NCBI RefSeq assembly: GCF_037042905.1
Contig: NC_087250.1
Coordinates: 20,834,001 to 20,898,000 of the forward strand
DNA from: Lytechinus pictus
Taxonomy: Eukaryota
DNA length: 64,000 nucleotides
Direction of reading: 5' to 3'
Part shown: positions 1 through 14,800 of the stretch, piece after piece
How positions within the stretch are numbered: the stretch's first letter is position 1
Layout: each line of letters begins with the position of its first letter
Program-made: the position numbers and the translations under genes
The notes under the pieces: model-generated
Seen by the model: the letters and a program-made list of their open reading frames with translations, nothing else
Databases searched by the model: none
Told to the model about the DNA's origin: nothing

Positions 1-792
1 GGTGGGGTGATGATATCATATCACCGCTTTCCTTTTTCTTATGTTATTACATGAAATCATATTATCGTTTCATGCTTTCATTGTATAAGTGATGTGTCTC
101 CATTACGATGAAATAAGCTGCGGAAATAAATAATTAATGCACTTAATCAGTTGTCAATCCAATTGTTTTATTCAAATTCAAATTCAATTCGGTTTTATTA
201 AACAATACTCATCAAAAGTCCGAAAACTAACAATGTGAGTTTACATTTTTTTTAATACATAACAAAGAAATAAATACATACATAACATGCAGTGACCATT
301 AAAGAAGAAAAAATATATACATTAGGTTTAAAATGCAATAATAGTATAAAAAGAAATAGAATTAGCAGATGCATGTAATAAGACAGATTAAATGTATACA
401 TATATATTAAAAAAAAAGCAGGTGAGGAGCAAGAAAGGGGAGCAAGAATGGCAAGAGTAAGAATGTGGAAAGGTGAGAATAGAGAGGGGGATGTAGCAAA
501 AAATAAAGGAAAGAGGGGAAAAAGGAATGAAGGAGGATATAATTTTTTTATCAAACTAATTTCATATAATAAAAGACAAAAAACAAGTGGGGGAAATTAC
601 ATCATCAGCCCAAATAATGAATATTCATGAAGACATGCCTAGAACTATTTCACCGGAATAATGCAAATCTTTAAAATTCAATAACTTCGTTATTTTGTTA
701 TCCGATTTTTAACAAATTTTCAGCATTTTGCCCTGTGAATTTTACTTTATTTATTGAGATATAAATATTTCCAGCCTGGACCATTCCTTTAA
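1..792. mobile_element. Kolobok/T2-type MITE (left end outside window), interrupted at ~171-535 by a minus-strand LINE 3' tail
   Basis: Ends ...GGACCATTCCT-TTAA; colinear with the element at 37155-37712 except for an insert beginning with an (ATTCA)-like tail and TTTATT. Confidence 0.7.
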
Positions 793-1320
793 TGATTTTT
801 TCATTTGGCAAATTACTATTCTTTTAATTTTTGATATTTTATATGCTAAATGTTATGTTTTCTACTCGATGTTTAAAAGGTTATTCATCGTTTTCCTTTT
901 TCGTTTTTTAAAATTAATCAAAATATCAACACGAGTTTAAAAAAGCATTGTGAGTATTCACCTATTTATAAACATTGAATGTCGTGATGAATCCAGGCAC
1001 ATCGAACTTATTTTATTTTTTCAATACATTTTTAAAGTTTTCTATACATGTATGATATGATTTATGTATCACATGTCTTTTGTATTTAATTTTATGATTT
1101 ATGGAGAAATATTGAATACAGTTCTTCTTTGAAAAAAAAAGGTTGCGGACATTTGCTGTCAGTAGTCAATACAAATGAACCTTTTATTGCCATTTATCAA
1201 GTTTGCTCTCGTTAATTGGAGATTCCGGCAGTTATTCAATTCGGTATAAGCGATATACTGGACGTTTAGCAAACTTATTGATAGCGGTCAACAAACATGA
1301 AGGGTCAACGAAGTGTCAAC

Positions 1321-1555
1321 TAAAGGCCATCACGCGCCTTACGATTGGTCTGCGACCCGATTAGGAATGAAATGTAGGAACATTTGTTGAGAATGTTGAG
1401 AAATGGACCGTCCTACTTTTTTAAAGTTCCAAATCACCATACGAATAGTTATGTTCAATTGTGTGAATATGCTACCTTCCTTATTAAAATATAAGCGAAT
1501 TGAATATCTAATGACGTCATAGCAATCGTACGATTTGAAACCAATTTGTCCTTTA
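1321..1555. mobile_element. MITE, TAAAGG..CCTTTA ends; inverted copy at 32108-32358
   Basis: Shared internal sequence (TCGTACG, ATGACGTCA, GAATTCGC) in opposite orientation. Confidence 0.65.
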
Positions 1556-1619
1556 CACGAAAATAAAAATGCATCCACTCAAAATTGTTATATTAGTATT
1601 CTTTCATCTTTATTCTTTA

Positions 1620-1620
1620 C

Positions 1621-1664
<44 letters not shown>

Positions 1665-1740
1665 ATACTACTACTTCTACTTCTGATGCTACTACTACTA
1701 CTACTACTGCTGCAGCTGCTGCTGTACTACAACAACAACA

Positions 1741-1808
<68 letters not shown>

Positions 1809-2025
1809 TACTACTGCTACTACAACTACTACTGCTAGTACTACTACTACTAATGCAGCTACCACTGCTGCTACTACTACTTATAATACTACTACTACTG
1901 ATAATAATACTAATAATAATAATACTAATACTACTACTACTGCTGCTACTACTACTACTACTACTACTACTACTATTACTACTACTACTCCTGCGGCGAT
2001 TACTGTACAGCTGTTACTATTACTA
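1620..2025. repeat. (CTA)n / (ATA)n microsatellite
   Basis: Direct reading. Confidence 0.97.
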
Positions 2026-2061
2026 GTGTTTATACTTTTATGCTCCTGAACTATATGATAT

Positions 2062-2653
2062 TTAAAGGAGAATGAAACTCTTGGAACAAGTTAGCTTTTG
2101 AGAAAGCAGAAAAATCAAAGAATAAGATCAACAAAAGTTTGAGTAAAATAGGATTAGCAATAGAAGAGTTATGAGCATTTGAATGTCGAGATCACTAATG
2201 CTATGGAGATCCTCCTATTGGCAATGCGACCAAGATCTATGATGTCACAGATGAACAACTCTCCCCTTTTGGGCACTGAAAATATACCCCAAAACATCTC
2301 TTTTTGCTCATTCTAATCATATGACAAACGATTCATCAATGATATAATGTTGTGAAACCTCTGTACTTGTCCTCTCATAAAGAGAACACCTCACCTTGTG
2401 ATAGACTCTATAAAAGTGAGAATATAAGTGAAATAAGTACTAAAGTAATGAGAGAGTTGTACGTGTGTGACATCACAGATCTTGGTCGCATTGCCAATGG
2501 GAGGATCTACATGGCATTAGTGATCTCAATATTCAAATGCTCATAACTTTCTTATTATTCATTCAATCTTCCTCAAACTTTCAACAATATTTTTCTTTGA
2601 TTTTTCTCTTTGATATGGATTCAGCTGGTTTCAAGGGTTTCATTCTCCTTTAA
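2062..2653. mobile_element. Kolobok/T2-type MITE, 592 bp incl. TTAA TSDs
   Basis: TTAA-AGGAGAATGAAAC...GTTTCATTCTCCT-TTAA; long internal imperfect palindrome; second copy at 59852-60443. Confidence 0.9.
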
Positions 2654-2722
2654 TATCCCTACTCTTCAGGCCTTCAGGGTATATCTGTCATTATTTTGAT
2701 GATTTATCATGCTTTTATTCAG

Positions 2723-2827
2723 GTTGGTGCATCGATATGGGCTAGTAATATTGGGAGTGAACACTTCGTTGGGCTTGCTGGCGATGCAGCCGTGGCGGGG
2801 ATTTCGCCGGCGGCTTTCGACCTCAAC
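2723..2827 (+). CDS. SLC5A: SLC5 exon ([35 protein letters not shown])
   Basis: ttttattcAG acceptor, GTAAGT donor, 105 nt. Confidence 0.95.
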
Positions 2828-5800
2828 GTAAGTAAAATCTTTTATAGATGAAGATTAGGTTCTTAAGATCACTAAACGGGGCAGATGAATTTAATGAAAA
2901 TATAACTGATCAACCAACATTTGATTGTCAAGCATGCATCAACAATACATCTCTGTGATAAGAACTTTCCTGGGATGAGGTCAATGAAGTAAAAAACGTC
3001 GATTTACCTTCTGCGCATGCGCAACGATACATGTACGTCTGACCCTCCGTCCTATGCAATTCCACGACGCTATTTTAGCCAAACTAGCCTTGCTAGCGTC
3101 GGTACTGTTCAGATAACAATCCTGGGGCATTACGACATGATAGTCTAATATACCTATAGCGTGCGAGAAAATTGTGGACTTTTAACTGTTAAGAGTTGTT
3201 CCACAGAATACAGTATTTAGCGATCCCGGGAACTTACCCATCCTGTATTAGTAGCCTAATGTTTCGCTACACGAAACACGACAGATTCTAGAACATGAAC
3301 AATGTATTGTCAAATACACTTTATCATGTTTATGATAATGAACAGCCAAGATGTCATTGTCGAAAGTTCATTAATCAAATTAACATCAGTTCCATCCTGG
3401 ACTCTGGACAAACGACCTATTTGCAAATATTCGTCAGCTCCGAAACACAGGAAGAAACTTCTCTTCCTGTTGACCAATTTTCAGTTTTTAATAACCTCAT
3501 GTGTTCTTGTACGGTTGAATCCGTTCTCAGTCGCAGTGCGAAAATTTCCTCTTTATAGATCGCTATATTACTGAACGTCACAAATTTCTGACACAATGAG
3601 GGAGGCGTTTCACAGAGATTTCAATCTAACTTATATATATATATAAAAAAATGTCGCTCTAAATTTCCAGTCGCGGGAGGTATGGTGCGAATAATACCGT
3701 ATTTTCATTTGTGATTGCTGCATGCTCTTTACAAAAAGTAAGTGGCACAATTAAAACATCTCCCCCAAAAGGGGGATTTTTTGGTTGAATCAGTGTATTT
3801 TATGTCTCGACATCATAATATCAATCAAACTTCTGTTAACAGGCTCCTGTTGGGATTATCATTTCAACGTCATTTTTTAAAAACAAAACTTAAGGAGTGT
3901 CAATATCTATCTGTATTAACGAAAAGAAATATTGATCGTTTCTAGCTTGCTTCGCTCGCTTACCGTTGTGCGCTCGTAGACTGTAAAAACGCTGTTTAAA
4001 ATTCGAGGCATATTTTAAGCCCGTCATTCAAACAACTTTTGTTTAAAGTTTTGAACAAGATTTTAAAAGAAACGAGCTTTAGAACTTGCTTGAAATTCTA
4101 ATTAGCGATCTTACAGTTTATCAATCGAGAACGTTATCTGCTCAAATCGTGAAGTTTATTTCGCCAGCGATGTAGATAGTAATGACATCGAATCTAAATA
4201 ATAGTTTCAGATTTATATGATTTCTCAAACGTGATGAAATTGACATCAAATCGCTGACCGTTCGATTGCAATTAGCCTACCGATTGTCTAATTTTATTAA
4301 GGTATAAATACATGAACATTATGACGTTGCAGTTTGCATTGTATAAATATGTTATCATTCACTACTTTCAGCCTATTATACATAAAACAAATAATGACCC
4401 TAAATTATACCCAAGGCAGTGATTGAATCGTTTTATCTTTTCTTTTACAGGGATTGTCGCTGCTGCCATTAATGGCGTACATGTTTGTCCCTGTTTACAT
4501 CGCAGCTGGGGTAAGGACCAAGTCACACCTATCAAACCGATTCCAGACCGATTAGAGCAATATACCAGGGGTCTTTTGCAGAAAGAGTTGCGTTTAAACG
4601 CAAGTAATAAAATCGATCGCAAGTCCCAAATGCGCGCTGTTGATTTGTTAGAAATCAAGTTGCAAAAGATTTTTAGAGTTGTAATTGATTGCATATCTTT
4701 ATGAAACAGACCCCAGTTAGTAGTTACCTCATGAGCAATTTTGGTCAAATGACCTTTCGTTCCGTTCATTATGATAGGCAGATTTCAAAGCAAGATATTG
4801 CGTAAGCTTGCCTTACATAGCAGGATGAAGAAATTGAATAGACCAGGGGCCCGTTTCATAAAGGATTTGCAACTGTTGTAACTTTGCCATTATGGCAGCT
4901 ACCATGGAAACCTTGATTCTGATTGGCTGCTGAGCCCCGTTGTCATGGTATTGCCATTATGGCAAAGTTACAACAGTTGCAAGTCCTTTATGAAACGGGC
5001 CCCTGATGACTGAAATAGCATACCAATGAACACTATGAAGGTATTTGATGCATTTGTACTTTTAAATCATTAGCGTGTACCTGGCTAGCTGTGAAATACC
5101 AGTCGCTAGTGGATGCATTTTTGTTGTTTTTTTTTTTTTTTTTTGGGGGGGGGTTATGAAAAACACAATTCAGAAGAATATATAACCCATCAAGACATCA
5201 AAGTTGGTGCTTATCTCATTAAGTCTTAAACCCTCATGCCACTTAAGTTCAAATGACCTTCTTCTGATCATGCGCAGAATGGAACTCCGAACTGGCCTAT
5301 TTGTTTTGAATAACATCATTATCATCGATCGATTTCAGTCGTTATCGTCAATGTGAGCTCAGCAGTATATCAAAAAAGTAATCTTAGATAATGACACTGT
5401 CATTCTTACACAACCGATTCTATATCAATTAGAGCTATCATTCAATTTCGAATTGCTTACTAACGGTCGGTCTGATTATATTTCTTTGGTTTTATTGTGA
5501 TGTCTCTCTCTCCCCCCCCCCCCCTCCCCCTCTCTATATATCTATATATCTCTACTGACGTAACTAGGTATGCACTCTACCGGAATATATGATGAAGAGA
5601 TTTGGGAGTCATCGAATCCGTATTTACCTCGCCTGTATGTCTATCTTCCTTTACATCGTTTCCAGGATTTCAGTGAGTAAACCTGATGTTAAGAACAGTG
5701 TGTTTCACAGTGAAGAATGCAGTGTGTTCACAAAACATTTTCCCACAGTGAGAAATACAATAGTGGTTCCACAGTGTGTTTCCACAGTGTGGAATACAGT

Positions 5801-8800
5801 GTGTTTCCAAATTGTGTACCCAAAGTGAGGAACAGTGTGTTCTCACAGTGAGGAATACAGTGTGCACCTACAGTATGTTTCCACTGAGTGTTCCCACAGT
5901 GAGGAATACAGTGTGTTCTCACAGTGAGGAACACAGTGTGTACCTACAGTGTGTTTCCACAGTGAAGAATACAGTGTGTTTCCACAGTGAGGAATACAGT
6001 GTGTACCAGCAGTGAGGAATACAGTGTGTTTACACAGTGTGTTCTCAGTGGGGAACGCAATAAATATCTGGCCAAAAGTTTAACTGCGAAAAGAAAACTG
6101 TGACACAATCTGTAATAGTAACAGTATACACGATAGATTTAGAAGCTCATCTTTTACTCAGATCATTCATAATAGGCTTGGAATAATAACTGCATCAGTT
6201 TTCTTCGCCATTGTAGCATGATGAAACAACATAATGAAAATAAGAAAAATACAATGTAAAATTTTATAAATTTTGGCTTCCCATAATTCTAGCACAGAGT
6301 TAGACAATAGCCTTATATAAACTTGACTACGGAATTCTGGTAGTGGTATGCTAAATAGCGAAAATGTAACCAAAATCAAATTTTTATGTGAAATTTTACT
6401 TTGGGGGTTTGTCAATGTAGGAAACAACCCCCCTTTAAATTTGTCAAATTTAAGCCTCCCCCTTAAAAAATCGTTCTCAGGGCCCTGGGTACGTTAGCAT
6501 GCTCCACCAATACAATTTACACTAGGGATACAAACCTAAACTAAGTCGCCGTGATTTGTCAAGAGGGAGTTTTCGCTTGAATAGCATAAAAAAAGTGTAT
6601 TGACAATACCCTCCATGACAATGAACAGCCAAGAAGTCTTTGTCGAAAATTGGTGAATCAGGTTTCGTCCTGTGCTCTGGTCGAACGACATATTTTTTCA
6701 ATTTTTCGTCAGATCTGAAACTTAGGGGGAAAAACTGCTGTTCCGGCTCCAGTGTTTCGACAATGACCTTCCAAGCTGTTCATTGTCATTTGCCCTGAAG
6801 TTTTAATTTATTTACTGTGTTCTTGAATCTGCGGTGCGTCATGAAGTGAAAACTCTCTTATAATATCACTTTCAAGTAGTATTAATATGATACAATTTTC
6901 ATAATGTAATCGTATGCAGGGTTCCGCAACACAAAGGTTTGCGATGAATCGCATATATGAAAGACTCGCACCGATTGGCTCCCGGTCAGTATTTTAAACA
7001 GAGTGCACATGCAACGATGATCTTGATTGGTCATTGGTATTTTAATAGCGATTGATTGCAGACATTTGTGTAACGGAGCCCAGAACATAGTGCAAGGATT
7101 CATTTGATGCGATCCTGTTATAATTTTTTTTTTTTTTAAACTAAAGGTTGATTTGTATTCCGGGGCGCTATTCATTACGCAAGCTTTAGGATGGAACCAG
7201 TACGTTGCAATCGGGATCCTTCTCTTGTTTGTAGCGATTTTCACTGTCACAGGTAATGTCCTTCTAATCTTCATTTATTTTACTTCTGGGCCCCGTTGTA
7301 CAGAAGCGGATCTAGAGGGGGGGTTGGGGGGGTTGCAACCCCCCCCAAAAAAAAAATCCGGGGACCATTTTTTTAAATCTTATCTTTTTTTTTAAACTTG
7401 TAATTTTATTTTATTCTATTTCTATGTATTTATTTCATTTATTATTATTATTAGGCTAACAGTGCTTATTCCAAGGTCCCCAATTCTTTGTATCTGTGTT
7501 GTTAACTGGCCTTACATTGCAGGAAAATGCAACTTAATTTTACAAATTTTCATGGGGGTTAATTTGGCAACGACCTCTATACCAAAAAGAGTGGTGTTTT
7601 AGATGCAAGAAAACGCCATTTTCACACACAGATTTTCAAAAATTTACTGTGGGAGGGGGGACACCCCCCTCCCACACCCTCCCCCCTCGCTCGCTCCGCT
7701 CGCTTGGACTCGGTCGCTACGCTCCCTCGCATACCACCCCAAACCCCCCTTTATAAAAAGCTGGATCCGCCCCTGTTGTATATGATATAGTTACTATCAT
7801 TGTCACTCTACCATCCATTGGTAACTACCATGGTAGCAATGCCCATCAGCCAATCAAAATCAAGGATTCCATGAAAGTTGCCTTGGATGGCAAAATTACC
7901 ATTATAATAGTAGCTCTTTTGTAACAGGGCCAAGGGGCCTGTTTTTTATTAAAAAAAAATTGTTGCAATAATAAATGTTCATTAAGAGTTAAAAGCTACT
8001 GAAATCCGTCTATTTGATTGGCTGATGTTGAATTTGTTATAATAACTGGTTATGATAGTAAAACCAGTCCTTATAAAACGGGACGCTGAATTTATTCTGA
8101 AAGGGCCTATATAATAATAGCCTCTTGTCGAGGCCCTGTCGGCTGCTTTCCGAGCGAACCTGGCAAAGCAAGGGAGAGAGCGAAGCAGAGCGCCGCGAGA
8201 CAGGGCCTCTGGACATCTGACCCGAATTTCACCGACTTTCTTTTGTTTTTTATTGTTTTTACCAATTCACCGACCAAAAACTGGTCGGTGAAAATCATCC
8301 AATGAGAGCGCGGGCTGCTATGACGTCATATTGAATATTCATGAGCTAATCTTGAATGGCGACCTGTGGATTCTTGGCGAAGAATGACGACGAAATATCA
8401 AAGAGCATTGAATATGCCTCTAAAATGCTGAATATTGACCGATTTAAGGATTTGCAAGTCGATAAAATTAACTCTGCACTGAAAGGACGAGATGAGTTTG
8501 CAAATCACTGAAAGGACGAGATGATTTTGCAAATCTACCCACAGGATATGGAAAAAATGTTATCTTTCATGCGATTCCACCGGTCGAACCGGGGCGTCGA
8601 TTATCGATCTCCGCTGTGCAGTGCAGTGAGGGAAGCTGGGGTGGAGTTGCTGGGAGTTGACTCGAGTCTGACCAGCGGCTGAGCAGTATCTCCCGGGAAG
8701 TTTCGGGGCGGTGATGGGTCTGTTACGGCCAGTAGTAGTAGTAGTAGTAGTACCACTACTTGTAGCATTTTGCAGGTTATATCCCCTTTAGTGTCCCGCA

Positions 8801-11800
8801 ATTAAATGAATCCCCTGCAGAATAATGGACTATATAGTATTCCGAACCCAAAACGAAACAGCTCTGACATTTCATTGGTTTACTCGGTGACCAGTAATAT
8901 CATGACCGGGATCATGACTCATGTATATTCATTAGGAAGACGTTCCTCATGAATATATAATTCAGTTCAGATGTCAAGAGGCCCTGGCTCGCGCCAGGCC
9001 TAATTCGCTTCGCGAATTAGGGAATCCCTCGCTTCGCTCGGGAAGCAGCCGCCAGGGCCTCGACAAGAGGCTAATATAATAATGACCCCCACTCCCCCCC
9101 CCCCCCCATATACAGGGGCTGCGTACGTGGGAGGGGTTTTTCAGTACCCACTTGTTATAGCAAAAATAAGGGTGTAAAAAAATACCGTCCGATTGTGATT
9201 TTAACATGGCCTCCCCCACGCAAGTTAGGCAAAGATCTTCCATTTCCTCACCCCCCCCCCATTTCCTTCAAAACCCTTCCGTACCTCCCGATGAAGCATG
9301 GATTGTTATAGTGATGAAATGATTTGGTAATCTCGTATTATTCAAAAGTTGTGAAGCAAAACGTTTCCCAAATTAACGTTAAGTGTTACATGTGAATAAT
9401 ATATGATAACAGATAAACATAATGGCTCTCTTGTCCATTTTCAATTGAAGGGGGATTGGCTGCCGTCATATACACGGATACCGTACAAATCTTCATCATA
9501 ATCGTCGGTGGAATTATCCTTATGGTATTGAGTAAGTTTATGTTTTAGAAGTGTTTACTTTGTATATGTTTAAGTTTTCTTACACAGTGTTACGAAGTGA
9601 CTTTTCTAATAAAGTAAGTGTTAGTCGCTTTGATATAAGGAGGCATATTTGTTATTGTATCGCCTGCATAGCAGAGCAAGACTAAAGGCGCCGTTTTTCC
9701 GTCGCGACGGCGGCACGGCGGCGTCGTCAACATGAAATCTTATCCAAGATTAAGATTTTGAAATGTCAACATTATTGGAAAGTATATGGATCTAGTTTAT
9801 GAAACTTACGCATAAGAGTGATGAAGTATTACTAAATATCCTGTGCGAATTTGACATCACATGACCAAGGTCAAAGGTCAAAAAAAGAGTAAACGAATTT
9901 AGACCATGTTGGGAGTATTTATTTAATTGCTATCATAACCTTGTAAAGTTTATGGATCTAGTTCATAAACTTAGGCATAGGACTAGGAGTAATTAAAGTA
10001 TCATCGAACATCCTGCGTGAGTTTCAAGTCACATGACCGAGGTCAAATGACATTTAAGGTCGATGAACTTCGGACATGTAAGGGGAATTGTTGAATTACC
10101 ATCATAACTTTGAAATTGTATGGATCTAGTTAATGAAACAACGACGAACGGGTAATCAAGTATCGCTTATTGTTTTGCACGAGTCGTATGTCACATGATC
10201 AAGGTCAAAAGTCATTTAGGGTAAAAGAATATAGTGTTTTCTTTTCATATGAATGGCGACTTGCCATATTGAATCGCATAATGCAGGCGAGACTGCTAGA
10301 GGCGCTTCACTTGTTCGTATTATCAAGCAATATCACCGAAATAGTAACAATTTGTGTTCAGAGGCTTGTGCAATATTTCATTTGATATAATTATTAACAA
10401 AGTGGACCAGTGTAAGATTCGTGTTTTTTTGTTTTTTTTTAGCAGTTCATCAGTTTAAAGTGTCACACTGTGTTTCAAACGGGATACACTGAAGGGATTG
10501 TTCCTGCCATCATGTTTAGGAACTTTCACGGAATCCACACATGTTGTGAAATTCTGTTTTCTCCATACAGCCAGGGTTACACCAAAACCGAATTCTCCCG
10601 ATTAAATTCGGACCGTTTCTGCCCGAATATGGCCTGATTCGGATGAATTCGATGGGTTCGGAAACTAATCGTCTCTGATTCGGGGAGCTCCCAGAATCAG
10701 AGACGAGTATCTCAGGCTGATTCGGTACCGATGTTACCCTGGCTTTAAGGCCGGGTTACACCGGAACCGAATCAGCTGCGAACCCATCCGAATACACGTA
10801 TTCGGGTGGCTCCAGGAGTATTATGTTCTCCGTCCACGAAAGCGAGAAAATTCAGGAAAGGTTTGGAAACAAACATACGAATTCACCGAAACCATCCAAA
10901 TTCGGCTAGATTCGTCCGAACTTATTCGGGAGAATTCGGTTTTGGTGTCACCCTGGATTTAACCAGGCTTAAGTGAAGACAGGTTATTAATCACCTCTCT
11001 TTTATCATAGGTTATGGTCAGATTGGTAGCTTCGAGGAACTGAAAATCAAATATTTCCAGGCGATTCCGAACGCCACGCTCCAAAACCCTAACTACACCT
11101 GCGGCATCCCTGCAGAAGATTCATTCCAAATGCTGAGAGATATCAGTCCTTTCACGTCTAGCTTCCCTTGGTTAGGATTCCTGATAGGACAGACTCTGTC
11201 ATCCCTCACATACTTTTGCGCAGAACAGGTAGGCATTAGGGCGCCGTCATATTTCCCTACGGTCGCCGTACGGCGAGTCGAAAACAGCCGTTTTAACGTC
11301 TTTTGCACCAGCGACAGAATGGACGGTTTGAATGAAAATAGATAGAACGGCTGTTATCGATTCGCCGTATGATGGGCGTAGGGGGAATGTGACTGAGGTA
11401 TTAGAGATTCCTGCGTTTCTCTGTCGGGACAATATTTTTTTTCCTACAACTCGGGCGGCTCCAGGATTGAAAAAAGGGGTGGGGGCTTTCATGCGCCAGA
11501 TATTTGAAAAGCAAAAATAAAAAATAAAATAAAAATAAAAAATGTCTTCACTTGCGAATGCACCACATTTTCCTCTAGTCTAATATCATTAATGGCTCTC
11601 ACAGGGGGGGGGGGGGGGGCGACGGGGCCAAATGTGCCTTTTTATGCCTTTTTATCTTTCCATACCACAGATAAACCGTATTGTAGTTGTAAAATTAGTC
11701 TTATGAATTAGCAGTATTAATATTACTCTTCGGCTGGTTTTGAAATTGTCAAGCTTTTTACTTACTTACTGCCCGTCATGCCTCCTGACATGTAGGGCAG

Positions 11801-14800
11801 CGAAAAATGTTCTCCACTCCCGTCTGTTTTTGGGCCATTCTCTGAAATGATCCACATGTCTGCTGGATTGCTTCACTGTCCAAGGTCCGTCGTCGGGTGT
11901 TTCTTATTCCGTCTTGGGCTCACTGCAGTGCTGTCCTCGTTACATATATTATTATCGTTTTCTTTTTTTCTTAAGGCATGCCCAATCCAATTCCACCTCC
12001 TTATGAAAGATGCGCCTTCCATACTTTCTTGTCGGCACCTTTCATGTAATTCTTCATTTATTATTTCTTCGGCCAGATTATGCGAATCATATGTTTTAAG
12101 CTTTGGGTATGAAATCCTGGCATATCTAGTTCAGAACTTTCAAACTTCCTAATCATATATTATGTCTGATATCTAATACCTTAGGTGATGGTCCAGAGAG
12201 CCTTGGCAGCGAAGAGTCTCTCACATGCCCAGGGTGGATGCCTCTTCGCTGGTTTCTGTAAGATATTACCCCTCTTCATGACAGTCATACCAGGGATGAT
12301 TGCAAGGGTTCTTTACACAGGTAAGAAGGTGATGTGAAACATGTGAATTCCAGATACCAGTTCTAATTAGTAATCGTTAAAAAAAGGGCAAATTGAAAGA
12401 AAATCTCATCAAGGAAATTTGAGACAACTGAAGATCCTTCCATTAACTCCACAAGACCATCCTTATGACAACCCGAGTTTCCTTTTAACTAATGTTCGTT
12501 CAATAACTAATAAGTTTGATGAATTATCTATAATCGTTAAAAATTATGATGTCGATGTTTTAGCGATCACAGAAACTTGGTGGGACGAATCTACACCACT
12601 TGAATCTTTTCCAATTCAAGGCTGTACAGCTTTTTACAAATCTCGTGTTGGAAAACAGGGTGGTGGCATAGCAATTTATGTTTAACACAGACTTGAACCA
12701 CGTGATCTGCAAATAAAAGTACCAAATGGTATCGAAACTCGGTGGATAATCATGCGACCGCCACGGCTACCACGGAATGTTTAGTGTCTCATCGTATGTG
12801 TGATTTATTTCCCTCCAAGATATTCCATGGCAAATGATTACATTGATCATTTGTCTACAACGATAGATAGTTTGTTAATTAAGTACCCAGAGGCGGCGAT
12901 TTCAATTTTAGGAGATTTTAATGATTTAGATGATGGTCGATTACTTTTAAATGATTGATTTAGACAAGTAGTCAACCAACCAACTCGAGGATCAAACATC
13001 TTAGATAAAATCATTAGTAATCATCATCATTCATATTGTGATGTACAAATTCTGCCTCCGACAGGCATGAGCGATCATAATTGTGTTTTCTGGAAACCCT
13101 CGCGATTCGAACGAAGTGCAGCATCGCAAAATAAGACCAGGAAACGATATGTGCTCCCTCTACGTGAAAGTGGGATTCGAAGTCTTGGCACTTGGTTAAT
13201 AAACCAGTCATGGAACGATGTCTACTTAAATGACAACCCTTCTACAAAATGTGACTTATTCTTTAGCTCTTTGAAAACTTATATTGACAAACACTTACCT
13301 GTGAAAAAAATTACTTTGCACCAGAATGATAAGCCCTGGATGAACTGCAATGTTAAATCTTTAATAATACAAAGACAGCGAGCGTGGAATGCAAATGATC
13401 AAACCCGCTGGCGTTACTTAAGGAATAAAGTCATAATTGCAATACGAAATGCTAAAAAGGATTTTACAATAAAAGAGTTCGTAAATTGAAAACTCAGAAC
13501 CCGGCGAACTGGTATCGTCAGAAAAAACTGCTAACTAATGGCCCTCAAGACCAGCCAACCATCAGTATCCCAGGCCTTCCAACTGATAATGGTGATAATT
13601 TGAAAGAAGCTGCTAACTATATTAATGATAATTTTTTGCAGATAGCTTCAGATATACCTTATCTCAATAAAGATTTGTTACCTGCATATTTGCCATCTCC
13701 TTCTCAATGCCCTATTATTCAACCTTATGAATTATACAAGTTATTATCAAAAATAGAATTACAAAAAGCAAGCGTCTCTAACGATTTGCCAGTTCGAATA
13801 ATTCGTGAGTTTTCTGTGGAGTTAAGCACACCGTTGGCACATATAATAAATTTTAGCTTTGAATTGGGCATTTTCCCCCAAATGTGGAAATATGCGGAAA
13901 TTATACCTGTACCAAAGTCTTACCCACCTAGGATTGATGAACTAAGACCTATTGCATTGACATCGTATTTTGCAATGATTGCAGAATCATATATTGCAAA
14001 GTGGTTATGGGAGGATATTGCTGACAAAATAGATCAAAATCAATTTGGTAATAGAAAAAATTTGTCAACATGTCATTACCTTATCGGATTACTACATGCT
14101 TTATACGGTAACGCTGAAAAGCCTCTCTCTGTATCTACAATACTTTTGACTGATTTCTCAAAAGCTTTTGATAGAATTAATCACAATTTGCTCGTTAATA
14201 AATTATTAAATCTTCATGTTCGACCATGTGAAATCTCTTTGGTAATATATTTCCTCGATAGTCGTCAGCAGGTTGTAAACTATAAAGGCAAATTATCTGA
14301 TCTTAAACATAATGGTGTAGGTGTGCCACAAGGGACTAAACTTGGCCCGATTCTATTTCTAGTTATGATAAACGATGCCTGTAGAGATTCTAGTATGTCA
14401 TATTTCAAATATGTTAACGATTTGACACTAGTAGAATGTAGATTAAGATCACAAACTCCACAGTTGCAAGTTCAGTTACAATGTCTTTATTCGTGGACCT
14501 TGGCAAATAGTATGAAATTGAACCCACTGAAATGTTGTTCAATATCATTTTCTTTCTCTAAGCAACCTTTACAACCACATGTTTTTCATATTGAAGGCAT
14601 CCCATTACTTTATGTTAATGTAGTCAAGATACTTGGCGTCATGATCCAAGCAGACCTAAAATGGAATGCTCATGTTAAAGAAATTATCAAAAAATGTAAC
14701 AAAAATTATTCATGCTACGTAGATTAAAAACCTACAATATTCCTGTTTGTGATCTAGTCACCGTTTATACTGGCTACGTAAGACCCATTTTGGAGTACTT

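Noticed and set aside
1535..2026. poly-Thr/Leu/Tyr ORFs
   Set aside because: Translations of a (CTA)n microsatellite
3012..3023. TGCGCATGCGCA NRF1/P3A2-type site
   Set aside because: Single intronic motif with no supporting context
13486..14727. 413-aa ORF as a functional RT gene
   Set aside because: Part of a LINE with flanking stops and frameshifts and a YVND catalytic motif
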